From positions 32,001 to 96,000 of IMG/VR virus record IMGVR_UViG_3300010885_055964: DNA of 64,000 nucleotides; one strand, given 5' to 3'. Each line of letters starts with the position of its first letter. Position 1 is the stretch's first letter. This document shows, piece by piece, positions 49,791 to 59,031 of the stretch. The stretch is from a virus. The translations under genes were made by a program, and so were the position numbers. The notes below the pieces were generated by a model, which saw only the letters and a list, made by a program, of their open reading frames with translations, was not told the DNA's origin and did not search any database.

Positions 49791-50746
49791 ATATTTTATT
49801 ATGCCACCGACCGGATGGTGCTTTTGGATACATTTCTGATGGGTGGCAAAACGCTCTACACGATAAGGGCCATCAAGTAAGAAGATGGGATGGGCGAATA
49901 GAATCATGGCGTGAGTTTAAACCAAAAGTATATATTGGCTGTTCAGGCCATAAACAGCCTATACCAAAAGAACGAAATGATTGCAAAATAGCATTGCACG
50001 TCAACCCACATGGTCCTGTAGAAATAGAAGGAATAAACGAATCACTTGATAACGTACAATGGGTAGTAGAGCAGAAGCCCGATGTTGTGTTTGGCTACGG
50101 TCATGATGATGATGGCATAATGTGGAGTGGGTGGTCCGCTCAATATGGTATCGATTGGGTACCCATGCCTTGTGCAGCAGATCGAGTATTATTTAAAAAA
50201 GTTAAATCATATGATGATCGTGATTTGGATCTAGTTTATTTAGGTGGTAGGTGGAAATATAAAGCTAAAACTATAGATGCATATTTAATACCTGTGATTG
50301 AAGAACTAAAACTACAAAATCGGAAAATGGCTGTGAGGGGTTGGGGAGAATGGCCAGATAAAATATGCGGTGGCACACTAGCCAGCGATCAAGTTAATTC
50401 TTTTTTGAACAGTGGTAAAATAGCTCCTTGTATATCTGAGCAGCACACCCACCAATACGGGATCGATATACCAGAGAGAGCTTTTAAGGTGGCTCTTTGT
50501 GGTGCGTTAGTGATACACGATTCTGTATTACACCTGAGGCGTATGATACCATCAGCATTAGTAGCTGCAAATCCCCAACATTTTAGAGATTTATGTTTGC
50601 ATTATATAAATAATGACGCAGAGAGAGTCGAAATAGCTCGTAAGCAACATGATGAGGTGCTGGCTAATCATACATATCATCACCGTATGGCTGGTTTGTT
50701 AAAGTTGCTTGGGTTTGAGGACCAGGCTAAGCAAATGTTGGTGTAA
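49787..50746 (+). CDS. CgeB-like (GT-B) glycosyltransferase
   Basis: LVYLGG, ERAFKVALCG, HTYHHR. Confidence 0.75.
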   Translation: MNILLCHRPDGAFGYISDGWQNALHDKGHQVRRWDGRIESWREFKPKVYIGCSGHKQPIPKERNDCKIALHVNPHGPVEIEGINESLDNVQWVVEQKPDVVFGYGHDDDGIMWSGWSAQYGIDWVPMPCAADRVLFKKVKSYDDRDLDLVYLGGRWKYKAKTIDAYLIPVIEELKLQNRKMAVRGWGEWPDKICGGTLASDQVNSFLNSGKIAPCISEQHTHQYGIDIPERAFKVALCGALVIHDSVLHLRRMIPSALVAANPQHFRDLCLHYINNDAERVEIARKQHDEVLANHTYHHRMAGLLKLLGFEDQAKQMLV

Positions 50747-50747
50747 T

Positions 50748-51392
50748 TTGGCATTAGCTACTGACAAGTATCTGTTTTTACATATTCCAAAGACCGGGGG
50801 TGTATGGTTATCACAAATACTGAGAAAGATATCGGCACCAATAGAAGTCGGGCATCAACATTCTCATTTTCCGCAACTGTGTCAAATATATGAGCCAGAT
50901 TGGTTTATAAGTAAATTTATATTCACAATGGTCAGGCACCCTATTACTTGGTATCAGTCTAGGTGGGCTTTTAGAGTAAAGTACGGCTGGCATTCGAGTC
51001 ACCCATTAGACTACAATTGTGCCAGTAATGACTTTAATCAGTTTGTAATCAATGCTCTGGAATATAAACCTGATGGATGGTACACATACGAGATCGATCA
51101 ATTTATGTGTGGTGTACCAGGCGGAATCAGGCATGTGATTAAACTAGAAGATGGTCTAAATGGAGTGATTGAAGCCATCAATCAAATAGGCCTGCAATAT
51201 GATATAAATGTTATAAAATCTATACCTAGGGTTAACGATTCAGATATGGGTGGGCGAACATCAAAATATTGGGCTAAATACCGACCGGATGTGTATAAAC
51301 GAGTGATCAACGTAGAGAGACGAGTCATCGACCGATATTATTCTGGGCATAAAATCAATCCCAGCGACCATGTAGGTCCACGACCTTGGTAA
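50748..51392 (+). CDS. Sulfotransferase (family 2-like)
   Basis: FLHIPKTGG, TMVRHPITWYQSRW, IKLED; probable TTG start. Confidence 0.8.
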   Translation: MALATDKYLFLHIPKTGGVWLSQILRKISAPIEVGHQHSHFPQLCQIYEPDWFISKFIFTMVRHPITWYQSRWAFRVKYGWHSSHPLDYNCASNDFNQFVINALEYKPDGWYTYEIDQFMCGVPGGIRHVIKLEDGLNGVIEAINQIGLQYDINVIKSIPRVNDSDMGGRTSKYWAKYRPDVYKRVINVERRVIDRYYSGHKINPSDHVGPRPW

Positions 51393-52104
51393 CATTACGT
51401 TCTTTCCACTGAATATATTCTAGATCACTATCATTATTGAGATGGGTGACCAATAAGTTACTGTTAATACCTATGAAAGCCTTGCGTCGGTGAGCTGATA
51501 GACAAAGATTACCATCATCAGCCCCATATAATTGTTGGTCATAAAAGAGGCCGACTGACTCGAAAAACTGGGTATCAATGATTAATAGAGGGCCTGCTGT
51601 ATGTCTGTTGTAGTAAAGCCCAGGATAAAAGTCGGGTGAAGCTTCCAGTATGCGAGCATCGTGCATGATTAATTGATGCTCAAGCTGATATTGCCATGTT
51701 TGATGAGGGAGATTACATATCGCTGGTGCTATTAATCCGACCTTAGTGCATCTTTTGACGTAATAGAATGATCGTTGAAGTTCTATAAGCCATTCTGCTG
51801 GTACTACTATATCCGAGTCTATAGATATGAAGTGCTGTAGAGTATTGTGCCGCATAATAGTATTATACCATTTATTCACTGCGGCTCCTTTTCCGATATT
51901 GTAATCATTAGCATATATAGTGATATTTGGGTGTTTACTATATTGATATAGGTATGAATCAATATGACCTGCAGAATTGTCGATTATAGATAGATGGTAT
52001 GGGCACTCTGTATTATTGAGAATCGAATCGACGCAATTAGTGAAGTCATTGGGCCTATGATATGCCACCATTATGATTTGTGTAGGTTGGATATCTAAGA
52101 GCAT
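51355..52104 (-). CDS. GT2 glycosyltransferase
   Basis: IIDNS, ISIDSD, YGADD. Confidence 0.8.
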   Translation of the reverse strand: MLLDIQPTQIIMVAYHRPNDFTNCVDSILNNTECPYHLSIIDNSAGHIDSYLYQYSKHPNITIYANDYNIGKGAAVNKWYNTIMRHNTLQHFISIDSDIVVPAEWLIELQRSFYYVKRCTKVGLIAPAICNLPHQTWQYQLEHQLIMHDARILEASPDFYPGLYYNRHTAGPLLIIDTQFFESVGLFYDQQLYGADDGNLCLSAHRRKAFIGINSNLLVTHLNNDSDLEYIQWKERNVTKVVDLHGRWD

Positions 52105-52135
52105 AATCTATTTATCGAGTGATGTATGTATACAA

Positions 52136-52164
52136 CAAAAGGGTGCTTTTGTCGCACCCTTTTG
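52136..52164 (-). terminator. Rho-independent (likely bidirectional) terminator
   Basis: CAAAAGGGTGC / GCACCCTTTTG stem. Confidence 0.75.
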
Positions 52165-52190
52165 TATGTTAAGAACGGTATTAGTAAATA

Positions 52191-52418
52191 TCAGCGAGAG
52201 ACGAATGTGATCAGTTTAAGCTTGCTTAACTGTTGGAGCTGAGCCTCGTCAAGACGTACAGTCTCGAGAGACAACTGAGCACCAGGAGTAACGAAGGTCT
52301 GATTGGTTACCTCTGGTTTAAGATCGGAATTAACATTAACGCTAGCATATCCGATAGAATTGACTAAGATCGGAATGCTTTGATTAGAGATGTTGGTGAT
52401 TGTCGTGATATTGGCCAT
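52191..52418 (-). CDS. Small hypothetical protein
   Basis: GGAGG RBS before ATG 52418. Confidence 0.65.
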   Translation of the reverse strand: MANITTITNISNQSIPILVNSIGYASVNVNSDLKPEVTNQTFVTPGAQLSLETVRLDEAQLQQLSKLKLITFVSR

Positions 52419-52461
52419 AATTACCTCCAAGGTTAAAGCAGGTTTACTTTAAATTTGATCA

Positions 52462-53328
52462 ATGCCCGATTTCTCTATTATTAGCTGCATATCACAGCCA
52501 GACGTTTTTGACAGGTGCCTTTTAAGATCTATATATGCTGCAAGAAAAGAATATGATATAGAAATAATTCCTATTTTTAACTATGAAAACAGATATTCAG
52601 CCAGTAACGCTTTGAATATAGGGGCGGACGTTGCCAGATCGGACAAGTTGATTTTCGTGCATCAAGATGTTAGATTATTATCCGATTGGTTTGATATATT
52701 ATATGACAACATTAACAAGATGCCTAAAGATTGGGCTGTACTAGGATCAGCAGGAATAGATCTGAGATATAATAGAGCTGACATAGGTAAGTGGGGAGGG
52801 GCGGCTAACCAATCCACTGTTGCAGTGGGATCAGTATGGTTCAGTGATGAAACAGTAGATCAGCCTCCTGAATGGGGTGGGACTAAGGAATTATCTCTAA
52901 CGCATTGTGTTGATGAATGTTTGATGGTAGTGAATAAGAGATCGGGTCTAAGGTTCGATACGATGTTCAACGGCTTTCATTTTTATGCAGTAGATTTATG
53001 CCTGCAGGCAAGATCAGCAGCATACCCAGTATATTGCGCACATCTGCCAATAGTACATTACGGGAAATATTCTGCGAGCATATCAGACGACAACAGGTAT
53101 TGGCCACAGTTACGTTATTTGCATCATAAATGGAAGATGAGATTCCCAGAATTGTTAGGTACACATATGCATTGGGCCGAAAATGAATTAACGAGCTATA
53201 TTCCTATGTCTATAGTTTCTGATGATCTACAAGAAGTACGAATAAAGGCCATGGGTTTAAGTCAGGTAGTGCTGGCTACCGATAAACAACACGGCATACT
53301 TAATGTAAAAGACAGGAGCAGACCATGA
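52462..53328 (+). CDS. GT2-like glycosyltransferase
   Basis: FVHQD, VDECL, FHFYAVDLCLQAR, IVHY. Confidence 0.8.
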   Translation: MPDFSIISCISQPDVFDRCLLRSIYAARKEYDIEIIPIFNYENRYSASNALNIGADVARSDKLIFVHQDVRLLSDWFDILYDNINKMPKDWAVLGSAGIDLRYNRADIGKWGGAANQSTVAVGSVWFSDETVDQPPEWGGTKELSLTHCVDECLMVVNKRSGLRFDTMFNGFHFYAVDLCLQARSAAYPVYCAHLPIVHYGKYSASISDDNRYWPQLRYLHHKWKMRFPELLGTHMHWAENELTSYIPMSIVSDDLQEVRIKAMGLSQVVLATDKQHGILNVKDRSRP

Positions 53329-54230
53329 TACGAGCTATTGTATTGATGCATCCACAGTCAGCAGATTTGTTACCTAAGGACGTTTTTAAATCTAAGCTGG
53401 TTAAATCTATAGGAATATCATGTGGTGCTTCTAAAGTACCTGGTGCTGACTTATCAGAGGCGGCCGATTTCTTTCCGACTTATGCGTCATGGAATTCCGC
53501 TTTGTTTGAGACATCGATAATATTAACTGTATGGGAGCACGCAGACAATTTAATATCAAACGATCATGTGGCTTTTCTACATACTGATATACGCCCACAT
53601 TTCAAGGCGTCAGAGATATGGAGCAAAATCCATAAACAATTAGATGCAGAACCTGACTCTTCTTTGGCTTTAACAGCTCCGTTAGGATATCAAGGACTTT
53701 GGAATGATTGGTTGGTACGCGAGTCTGCTAAGCTAATACCAAAGAATGACCCATATAAGATACATTGTTTTGATAATGGGATCTTTGTGTGGGATATAAT
53801 CAAGAAATATGATCCAGATATTTATGAGTGGGCGTTTGATACACAACCGAACATGATATATAGCCACCAGTTCGCGTGTTCGAGGTCCACATTGAATTAT
53901 TTGGGCAATAAGTTGACTAGCGTGGTTAGTAAACTCAGGCTAACTGATGTGGGATTTTGGACTCCTCATGTGTTTGAAAGGCTGATAGCCCTATATCTAG
54001 CATATAAGGGGCGTCCAATATTAACAACAGCGTTTTGGCATTACCAATCATCTGGTGTGTATGGGCCAGGACACCATAATTTATATGGCCCCAGACCAAT
54101 TAGATATTATAAGGTCAAGTCTAATAGGACAGTTATAGGAGAGTCGCATGCATCAAAGTCAGAAAAGCTGCTTGAACAGACTCATACCAATCATCATCTA
54201 GATCCTCTATCGTTGATATCCCGATATTGA
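53325..54230 (+). CDS. Glycosyltransferase-like hypothetical protein
   Basis: FETSIILTVW, FLHTD, HVFER; DUF4422-like pattern (weak). Confidence 0.5.
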   Translation: MIRAIVLMHPQSADLLPKDVFKSKLVKSIGISCGASKVPGADLSEAADFFPTYASWNSALFETSIILTVWEHADNLISNDHVAFLHTDIRPHFKASEIWSKIHKQLDAEPDSSLALTAPLGYQGLWNDWLVRESAKLIPKNDPYKIHCFDNGIFVWDIIKKYDPDIYEWAFDTQPNMIYSHQFACSRSTLNYLGNKLTSVVSKLRLTDVGFWTPHVFERLIALYLAYKGRPILTTAFWHYQSSGVYGPGHHNLYGPRPIRYYKVKSNRTVIGESHASKSEKLLEQTHTNHHLDPLSLISRY

Positions 54231-54459
54231 TATTGAGAGGAATATTTGCAGTAATAGTCTTGCTTGGCCAATCAAGCACTACAGGGTCGATTCTAACATC
54301 CACTCCGAATGGTTGGGTAGGTAGATCTTTGCCTTTTTTCCTTTTAACCACGGCGTAAATATATGCATCAAAATGGACTATTTGTGGTGGTATTGCCTCA
54401 ATAAAAGGGCTGGTGAGCCTCTTAGTCACTTTGATAACAGAACATTTTGATTTTTTCAT
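54133..54459 (-). CDS. Hypothetical protein
   Basis: Convergent ORF overlapping the end of 53325 by about 98 nt. Confidence 0.4.
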   Translation of the reverse strand: MKKSKCSVIKVTKRLTSPFIEAIPPQIVHFDAYIYAVVKRKKGKDLPTQPFGVDVRIDPVVLDWPSKTITANIPLNINIGISTIEDLDDDWYESVQAAFLTLMHATLL

Positions 54460-54480
54460 AACTGTATCTACTGGAGTGGC

Positions 54481-54876
54481 ATGATGGTACATCTGACTGA
54501 TCTAGCTGACGACGGTGGCGGAGAGGTCGACGTTCTTGAGCGGCACGCGGTAGAGGTCGACCTAGAATTGGCGAGAAGAGCAATAGTGTTACAAGCACAA
54601 ATCGATACTTTATCAGAAGAATTGGCTAGTGTGAAAGGAAAATTGAGGCTAGCAGCACTAGGACGAACAAAAGAGATATTGGTAGAAGGGGTTGGTAAGG
54701 TGCATATTAGTGCGCCGTTTGCCGGAAGTGAAAAAACGATCTTAGTGCTAAACGATGAGCGGATAAACACTGACCCAGACTTACGCCAGAGATTGCTAGA
54801 TGATGAAGTAATTATGCATCAGATTAAAAAGGTGTCTGCTAGTGTGGCTAGGGTAACTATCAAAACCAACATTTAA
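54481..54876 (+). CDS. Hypothetical protein
   Basis: 131 aa, GGAG RBS. Confidence 0.65.
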   Translation: MMVHLTDLADDGGGEVDVLERHAVEVDLELARRAIVLQAQIDTLSEELASVKGKLRLAALGRTKEILVEGVGKVHISAPFAGSEKTILVLNDERINTDPDLRQRLLDDEVIMHQIKKVSASVARVTIKTNI

Positions 54877-54927
54877 CGTATTTAATGAGCATTGGTGGAA
54901 GTATGGGTGCACTTAAATGAGCACCTA

Positions 54928-55044
54928 TCCGGTGTAGCTCAGCTGAAAAAGAGCTAATTCATGGGTATCACCTGTGAAGAGTAGTCCAGAGCGGCGGTCC
55001 TAAAACCGCAGGTCGCGGGTGCAAATCCTAGCCATCGGCCACCA
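54928..55044 (+). pseudogene. Aberrant tRNA-like element (extra helix, 6-nt CUA-containing anticodon loop, encoded CCA)
   Basis: 5' TCCGGTGTAGCTCAG, AGAGCG, GCGGT-cctaaa-ACCGC, AGGTC, GCGGG-tgcaaat-CCTAGC, CATCGGCCACCA. Confidence 0.7.
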
Positions 55045-55083
55045 ATATGTTAATTATGCTAAGAAGTTAATAGTAGGAATCAA

Positions 55084-55458
55084 GTGTTTGGCATGAACCG
55101 TAGAAATTGGTTTCAGAGTTTAACAGGTTTGTTTGTAAGCGGTTCTGTTGTCAAACAACCTTCATCATCGCCATGCATCACGCCGGCTTACGCAGGTTTT
55201 GATGGCGTTTTGAGAATCGGTGGCAGCCACGGAGGATGGTATAAATTTATTTTGCGTCGAGGGTTGGTGGATAATCCTTTCCGTTACACGGGTATACGTC
55301 ATAATGAATTAGCTGTGTGGAAAAACCACGATGGCTCAGTATCCAAATTACTGTACCGTAATCGCGACGGCAAATTCTTTGACTTACAGTTCGTTCCTAT
55401 AGATGATGAAATTAAAAACCCAGGAAGTTCCTCTACCTCGCCTACTAGCGTGGCATAA
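55084..55458 (+). CDS. Hypothetical protein with twin-arginine-like signal
   Basis: MNRRNWFQSLTGLFVSGSVV. Confidence 0.55.
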   Translation: MFGMNRRNWFQSLTGLFVSGSVVKQPSSSPCITPAYAGFDGVLRIGGSHGGWYKFILRRGLVDNPFRYTGIRHNELAVWKNHDGSVSKLLYRNRDGKFFDLQFVPIDDEIKNPGSSSTSPTSVA

Positions 55459-55508
55459 ACATATTTTGAACAATATCTGGTTAGTATGTGTGTCGGTAAG
55501 GCTAATAT

Positions 55509-55516
55509 TATAAATA
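55509..55516 (+). promoter_or_regulatory. TATAAATA T4-late-promoter-like element
   Basis: Exact match upstream of ORF 55571. Confidence 0.4.
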
Positions 55517-55570
55517 ATTGATATCATATTTAATAAAAAATATTATGAACATAATTACAGGAGAACCGCC

Positions 55571-56536
55571 ATGGTTATTTGGTCAGTCAGCTTTAATTTA
55601 GCTTATAATGATGGTACCGCATCGATATTAGAAATAACCAAAGATGAGAAGTCCATAAATCTGCGGAAAAGTAATAATGTAACATGGAGCATTTGCAAGA
55701 GACTACCCAAGTTCGCTAGCTTTATCGACAGTCTGGGTGGTAGTGTATCGTCCATGATTCCAGATAATGTGGCTGACTATAATTTTAGATTTACGGCAAC
55801 AACCACGAATGGCCATATCCACGTTTTGGGCGGGTCAGATGCTTTAGAGGCCGAGACTGTATGCAATGTGGACATTGCTACCATCTATGCCGAATTATGT
55901 GCTGACCCACGATTCGCTTTATATTTCTTACCATGTGCCGTATTCATCAACACCGACTACGTTGATTATAGACCAGGTAGAAATAGTGCTGAAGCATCCA
56001 ATCTGATAGATACATTGACATCATTTGGTAGGAGTGTTTCGACATTCGTTGATATAACGTCCGCAGGATTCGAAGAAGCGTTATCCGCGACTAGTATGTT
56101 ATTCATACCTGAGATGGAAAGAGATTACTTAATATTAGACCCTGCCGCAAAAGAGGTCATTAAACAATGGGTAAGCAATGGTGGGACATTCTTTGCGTTT
56201 TACTATCTGGCTGATGAACTAATCAACGATGTTTTTGATTTGTCGATAACTCAGCTTGGTGAAGGATACGGTGGTGCTACCAAGTCCGCTGCGGCTGTAG
56301 GATCACCGCTCGAGAATGGTCCTAATCAGATATGGGATAATGATGCCACGAGTAGTGTGGATATCGCATCATTACCGCCTGGATCCAAGTCATATTATGA
56401 TTCGAGAGGCACGCAGAGTTATGTAGCTTCAATCCCATATGGTAATGGTAAGATAATATTTATGGGGTGGGATTGGTATGAGCCTTCGAATAATGATCCC
56501 GGATGGTTAACTGTGCTAGATTTATTGACTCAATAA
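55571..56536 (+). CDS. Modular protein: N-domain paralogous to ORF 10912 + GATase-like alpha/beta domain
   Basis: Shared N-terminal motifs; LFIPE, IKQWVSNGGTF, YGNGKIIFMGWDW. Confidence 0.65.
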   Translation: MVIWSVSFNLAYNDGTASILEITKDEKSINLRKSNNVTWSICKRLPKFASFIDSLGGSVSSMIPDNVADYNFRFTATTTNGHIHVLGGSDALEAETVCNVDIATIYAELCADPRFALYFLPCAVFINTDYVDYRPGRNSAEASNLIDTLTSFGRSVSTFVDITSAGFEEALSATSMLFIPEMERDYLILDPAAKEVIKQWVSNGGTFFAFYYLADELINDVFDLSITQLGEGYGGATKSAAAVGSPLENGPNQIWDNDATSSVDIASLPPGSKSYYDSRGTQSYVASIPYGNGKIIFMGWDWYEPSNNDPGWLTVLDLLTQ

Positions 56537-56551
56537 TACGGTTTATGGCAT

Positions 56552-57601
56552 TTAATAATCAGGGCTGACTATAGAAACGAATTCTTCAAACTTGTAATCT
56601 GGGAATGCTACAACTGGTTCGAGTACGACCTGCACATCAGCGAGTAATTCCTGTATTTCACATATCAGTCGATCAGCGTCACGTATCCCATCAGACATAT
56701 ACTGAAGAGTAACGCTATCCAACTGTGTCTGGATGAGTTTAAACCTGGTAATAGCATATTTCTCATAAAAAGTACGACTACCAAATATAGGCCATTTGCG
56801 TTCACCGTTAGGCATTATAAACATATTACGCACTCGACCATAAATATAAGTGATTGTTTGAAGCGAACGTCCACATGTGCAAGATCCTAGCTGTATATGA
56901 TCACCGTGATTATATCTGGTTATATATGGATTGGTTAATGTGGTGATAATCAGGCCACCATCTTCCGACACTTCGACTAATTGATTTTCCATCACGTGAT
57001 AGTTGCTGGGTACATCTGGGCATTGGATGGCAATTGTGCCGCATTCTTCGCTAGAATACATGGTTCCACCACGTTCTCCTGTGCCCTTCCAGTCTAATAG
57101 ATTGGTTACATTAGACAGATCCAAAGCATCGCGGATAGAAGGGGCACAAGCCAAATAATGAGGGTTTATTTGTTTGATCCATGCCTGTAAATCAGATACT
57201 TTTTCACAGCCTATTTTATGACTCGCACCCTGAATAGGAGCTAATCGTCTTGGTAGCCCCCAGTTAGGGCTTGATTTACGCACCTCGCCCGGCTTGACGA
57301 AAGCTAGCACTTTACTATAGTCCCAATTCCTCCACTGATACTCTCGAATATTGGTAGCTAGCAACCATATCTGATCATCGATAGTTTTTTGAACTGTGAT
57401 AGGCTCGCCAGTTGAACCGCTAGTACGAACGCAAAATAAACCTGGCCGCATTGGTGTGTGATTAAGCTGACTACGGGAGATGATTGGTCGATCTTTAATT
57501 AAATCGAAATTCGGCGTGTGATCCCACTGGCTGGCATTAAGCTTATCTATTAATGATAGAGTTTCAGAGGTGATAAACCGCATTTGATCATGGCTAATCA
57601 T
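56552..57601 (-). CDS. PaaK/CapK-like adenylate-forming ligase
   Basis: RTSGSTGEP, YSSEECG, RYNHGD, IYGRVRN; ATG 57601 overlaps upstream TGA. Confidence 0.8.
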   Translation of the reverse strand: MISHDQMRFITSETLSLIDKLNASQWDHTPNFDLIKDRPIISRSQLNHTPMRPGLFCVRTSGSTGEPITVQKTIDDQIWLLATNIREYQWRNWDYSKVLAFVKPGEVRKSSPNWGLPRRLAPIQGASHKIGCEKVSDLQAWIKQINPHYLACAPSIRDALDLSNVTNLLDWKGTGERGGTMYSSEECGTIAIQCPDVPSNYHVMENQLVEVSEDGGLIITTLTNPYITRYNHGDHIQLGSCTCGRSLQTITYIYGRVRNMFIMPNGERKWPIFGSRTFYEKYAITRFKLIQTQLDSVTLQYMSDGIRDADRLICEIQELLADVQVVLEPVVAFPDYKFEEFVSIVSPDY

Positions 57602-58050
57602 CGAAAATCCCACATAAAGAATGAATAATCTGCTAGAATCGTTGAAGATTGAGGTTTGATATTAAAGTCAGAAGTTTGAGGGAAATAAGCGGCTATTCGC
57701 ATGAGAGGTAGTTTGTAATTGAATGAACGTACTATTAGTCTCTTGCAATAACGAGAGGACATATTTATTATCCCATCGGCTAACTCTTGGGTGAAGTTGA
57801 GTACGCCATCCCCTATGATATTATCATAATGTGTGCTATTGGATAACCAATCTGCTATAATCATCGTATCTGGAATATGCAAAGGGTCGACATCCATCTG
57901 CCTGTGAGATAAGGGGACTAAATTATGGGTACAGCCAAGTAGCAAAGTCGTACCTTGAATCAGACTGTTTTGATAAAAAAGTGCATCATCACTACTAGGA
58001 GAATATGGGGGTAATAGACTGTTCCAGTAATATTTATCGGGCAAGGACAT
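57598..58050 (-). CDS. Hypothetical protein, possibly SAM-binding-like fold
   Basis: LLLGCT, YDNIIGDGVLNF; start uncertain. Confidence 0.5.
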   Translation of the reverse strand: MSLPDKYYWNSLLPPYSPSSDDALFYQNSLIQGTTLLLGCTHNLVPLSHRQMDVDPLHIPDTMIIADWLSNSTHYDNIIGDGVLNFTQELADGIINMSSRYCKRLIVRSFNYKLPLMRIAAYFPQTSDFNIKPQSSTILADYSFFMWDFR

Positions 58051-58388
58051 AACTGGTAGATGATAGAAGAAAGATGGCGGCACCTATTATATTCGATTGA
58101 GAATTCACGGGTATAGATAGTAGTGTAACATATGCTGGTCGCCGTAATCACTAAAATAGGATCAGAGGCTAATAGTATTAGCATCGACTTTCTCAAAATG
58201 GTGAGACCCATCTAGGTTATTATGATTAATCTTACAGAGGTTAAGACTTAAGACTTCTTCTGCGAGAAATACGATGGACAATGTGTCGTTTTGTATGTCG
58301 ATGCTGATATGCTCGGTTGGAAGCCTGTTCACGATCTGGTTACTATATTGGCGTGAACGCCCCTTTGATTAACAGCTAGAAGGATAAC

Positions 58389-58667
58389 ATGAAAAAGCCG
58401 AGAATAATCGTGTTGTCAGGTAGTACCGACACAACGTTCAGCTGGCTGTCGGATGGGTGGTATGATGTAAAGAAGCGTGGCGGCGAAAATGCCAAAGCCT
58501 TGATGGCGAAAGCGAGGCAGGCTATCGCGAGTGGCTCAGACGTCCCAGACACAATCAGCAAGCTCGAGGCGGTTGGATTTGAGGTCACGCAGGACCCAGA
58601 TTTTTCCCTTCTTTATAGACGCTTGGTCGAACAGCCTGGGTGTTATTTTAGACACTATAATGTGTAA
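58389..58667 (+). CDS. Hypothetical protein
   Basis: AAGGA RBS. Confidence 0.6.
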   Translation: MKKPRIIVLSGSTDTTFSWLSDGWYDVKKRGGENAKALMAKARQAIASGSDVPDTISKLEAVGFEVTQDPDFSLLYRRLVEQPGCYFRHYNV

Positions 58668-58728
58668 ATCGATCAAAGATAGGTTTGAGGCACAGGTGCT
58701 TTAGGAATTCCGCAGGACGAGGTTATAA

Positions 58729-58986
58729 ATGGTTATTTTCTCTTGGGACGAGATCAGTGGTGAGTGGGCTACGCACCAACTACCGATTGACACAAAGGAT
58801 CCAATCGAGATCAATCGGGCACTCGGAGCTTCATTAGTAGACTCGGAAGTAGGTGTCGATGCCTTGGGTGATGAATCGCCTGACGGATGGGTGGTTGAGT
58901 CGAGTGGCTGGTCTGGTCCAGTGTTGACGATCGTATCACGCGATGAAAGGAATCATCTAGCTGTAACTGTAGCCATTTATGAGTGA
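58729..58986 (+). CDS. Hypothetical acidic protein
   Basis: GAGG RBS. Confidence 0.55.
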   Translation: MVIFSWDEISGEWATHQLPIDTKDPIEINRALGASLVDSEVGVDALGDESPDGWVVESSGWSGPVLTIVSRDERNHLAVTVAIYE

Positions 58987-59031
58987 TTCTACCTAGAGAC
59001 TGATTCAGCGAGTTCTCCAACTGGGGGTATA

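Noticed and set aside
58084-58388. 300-nt gap as a second ncRNA
   Set aside because: Few convincing helices; it contains a plausible 32-codon hydrophobic ORF and divergent promoter space
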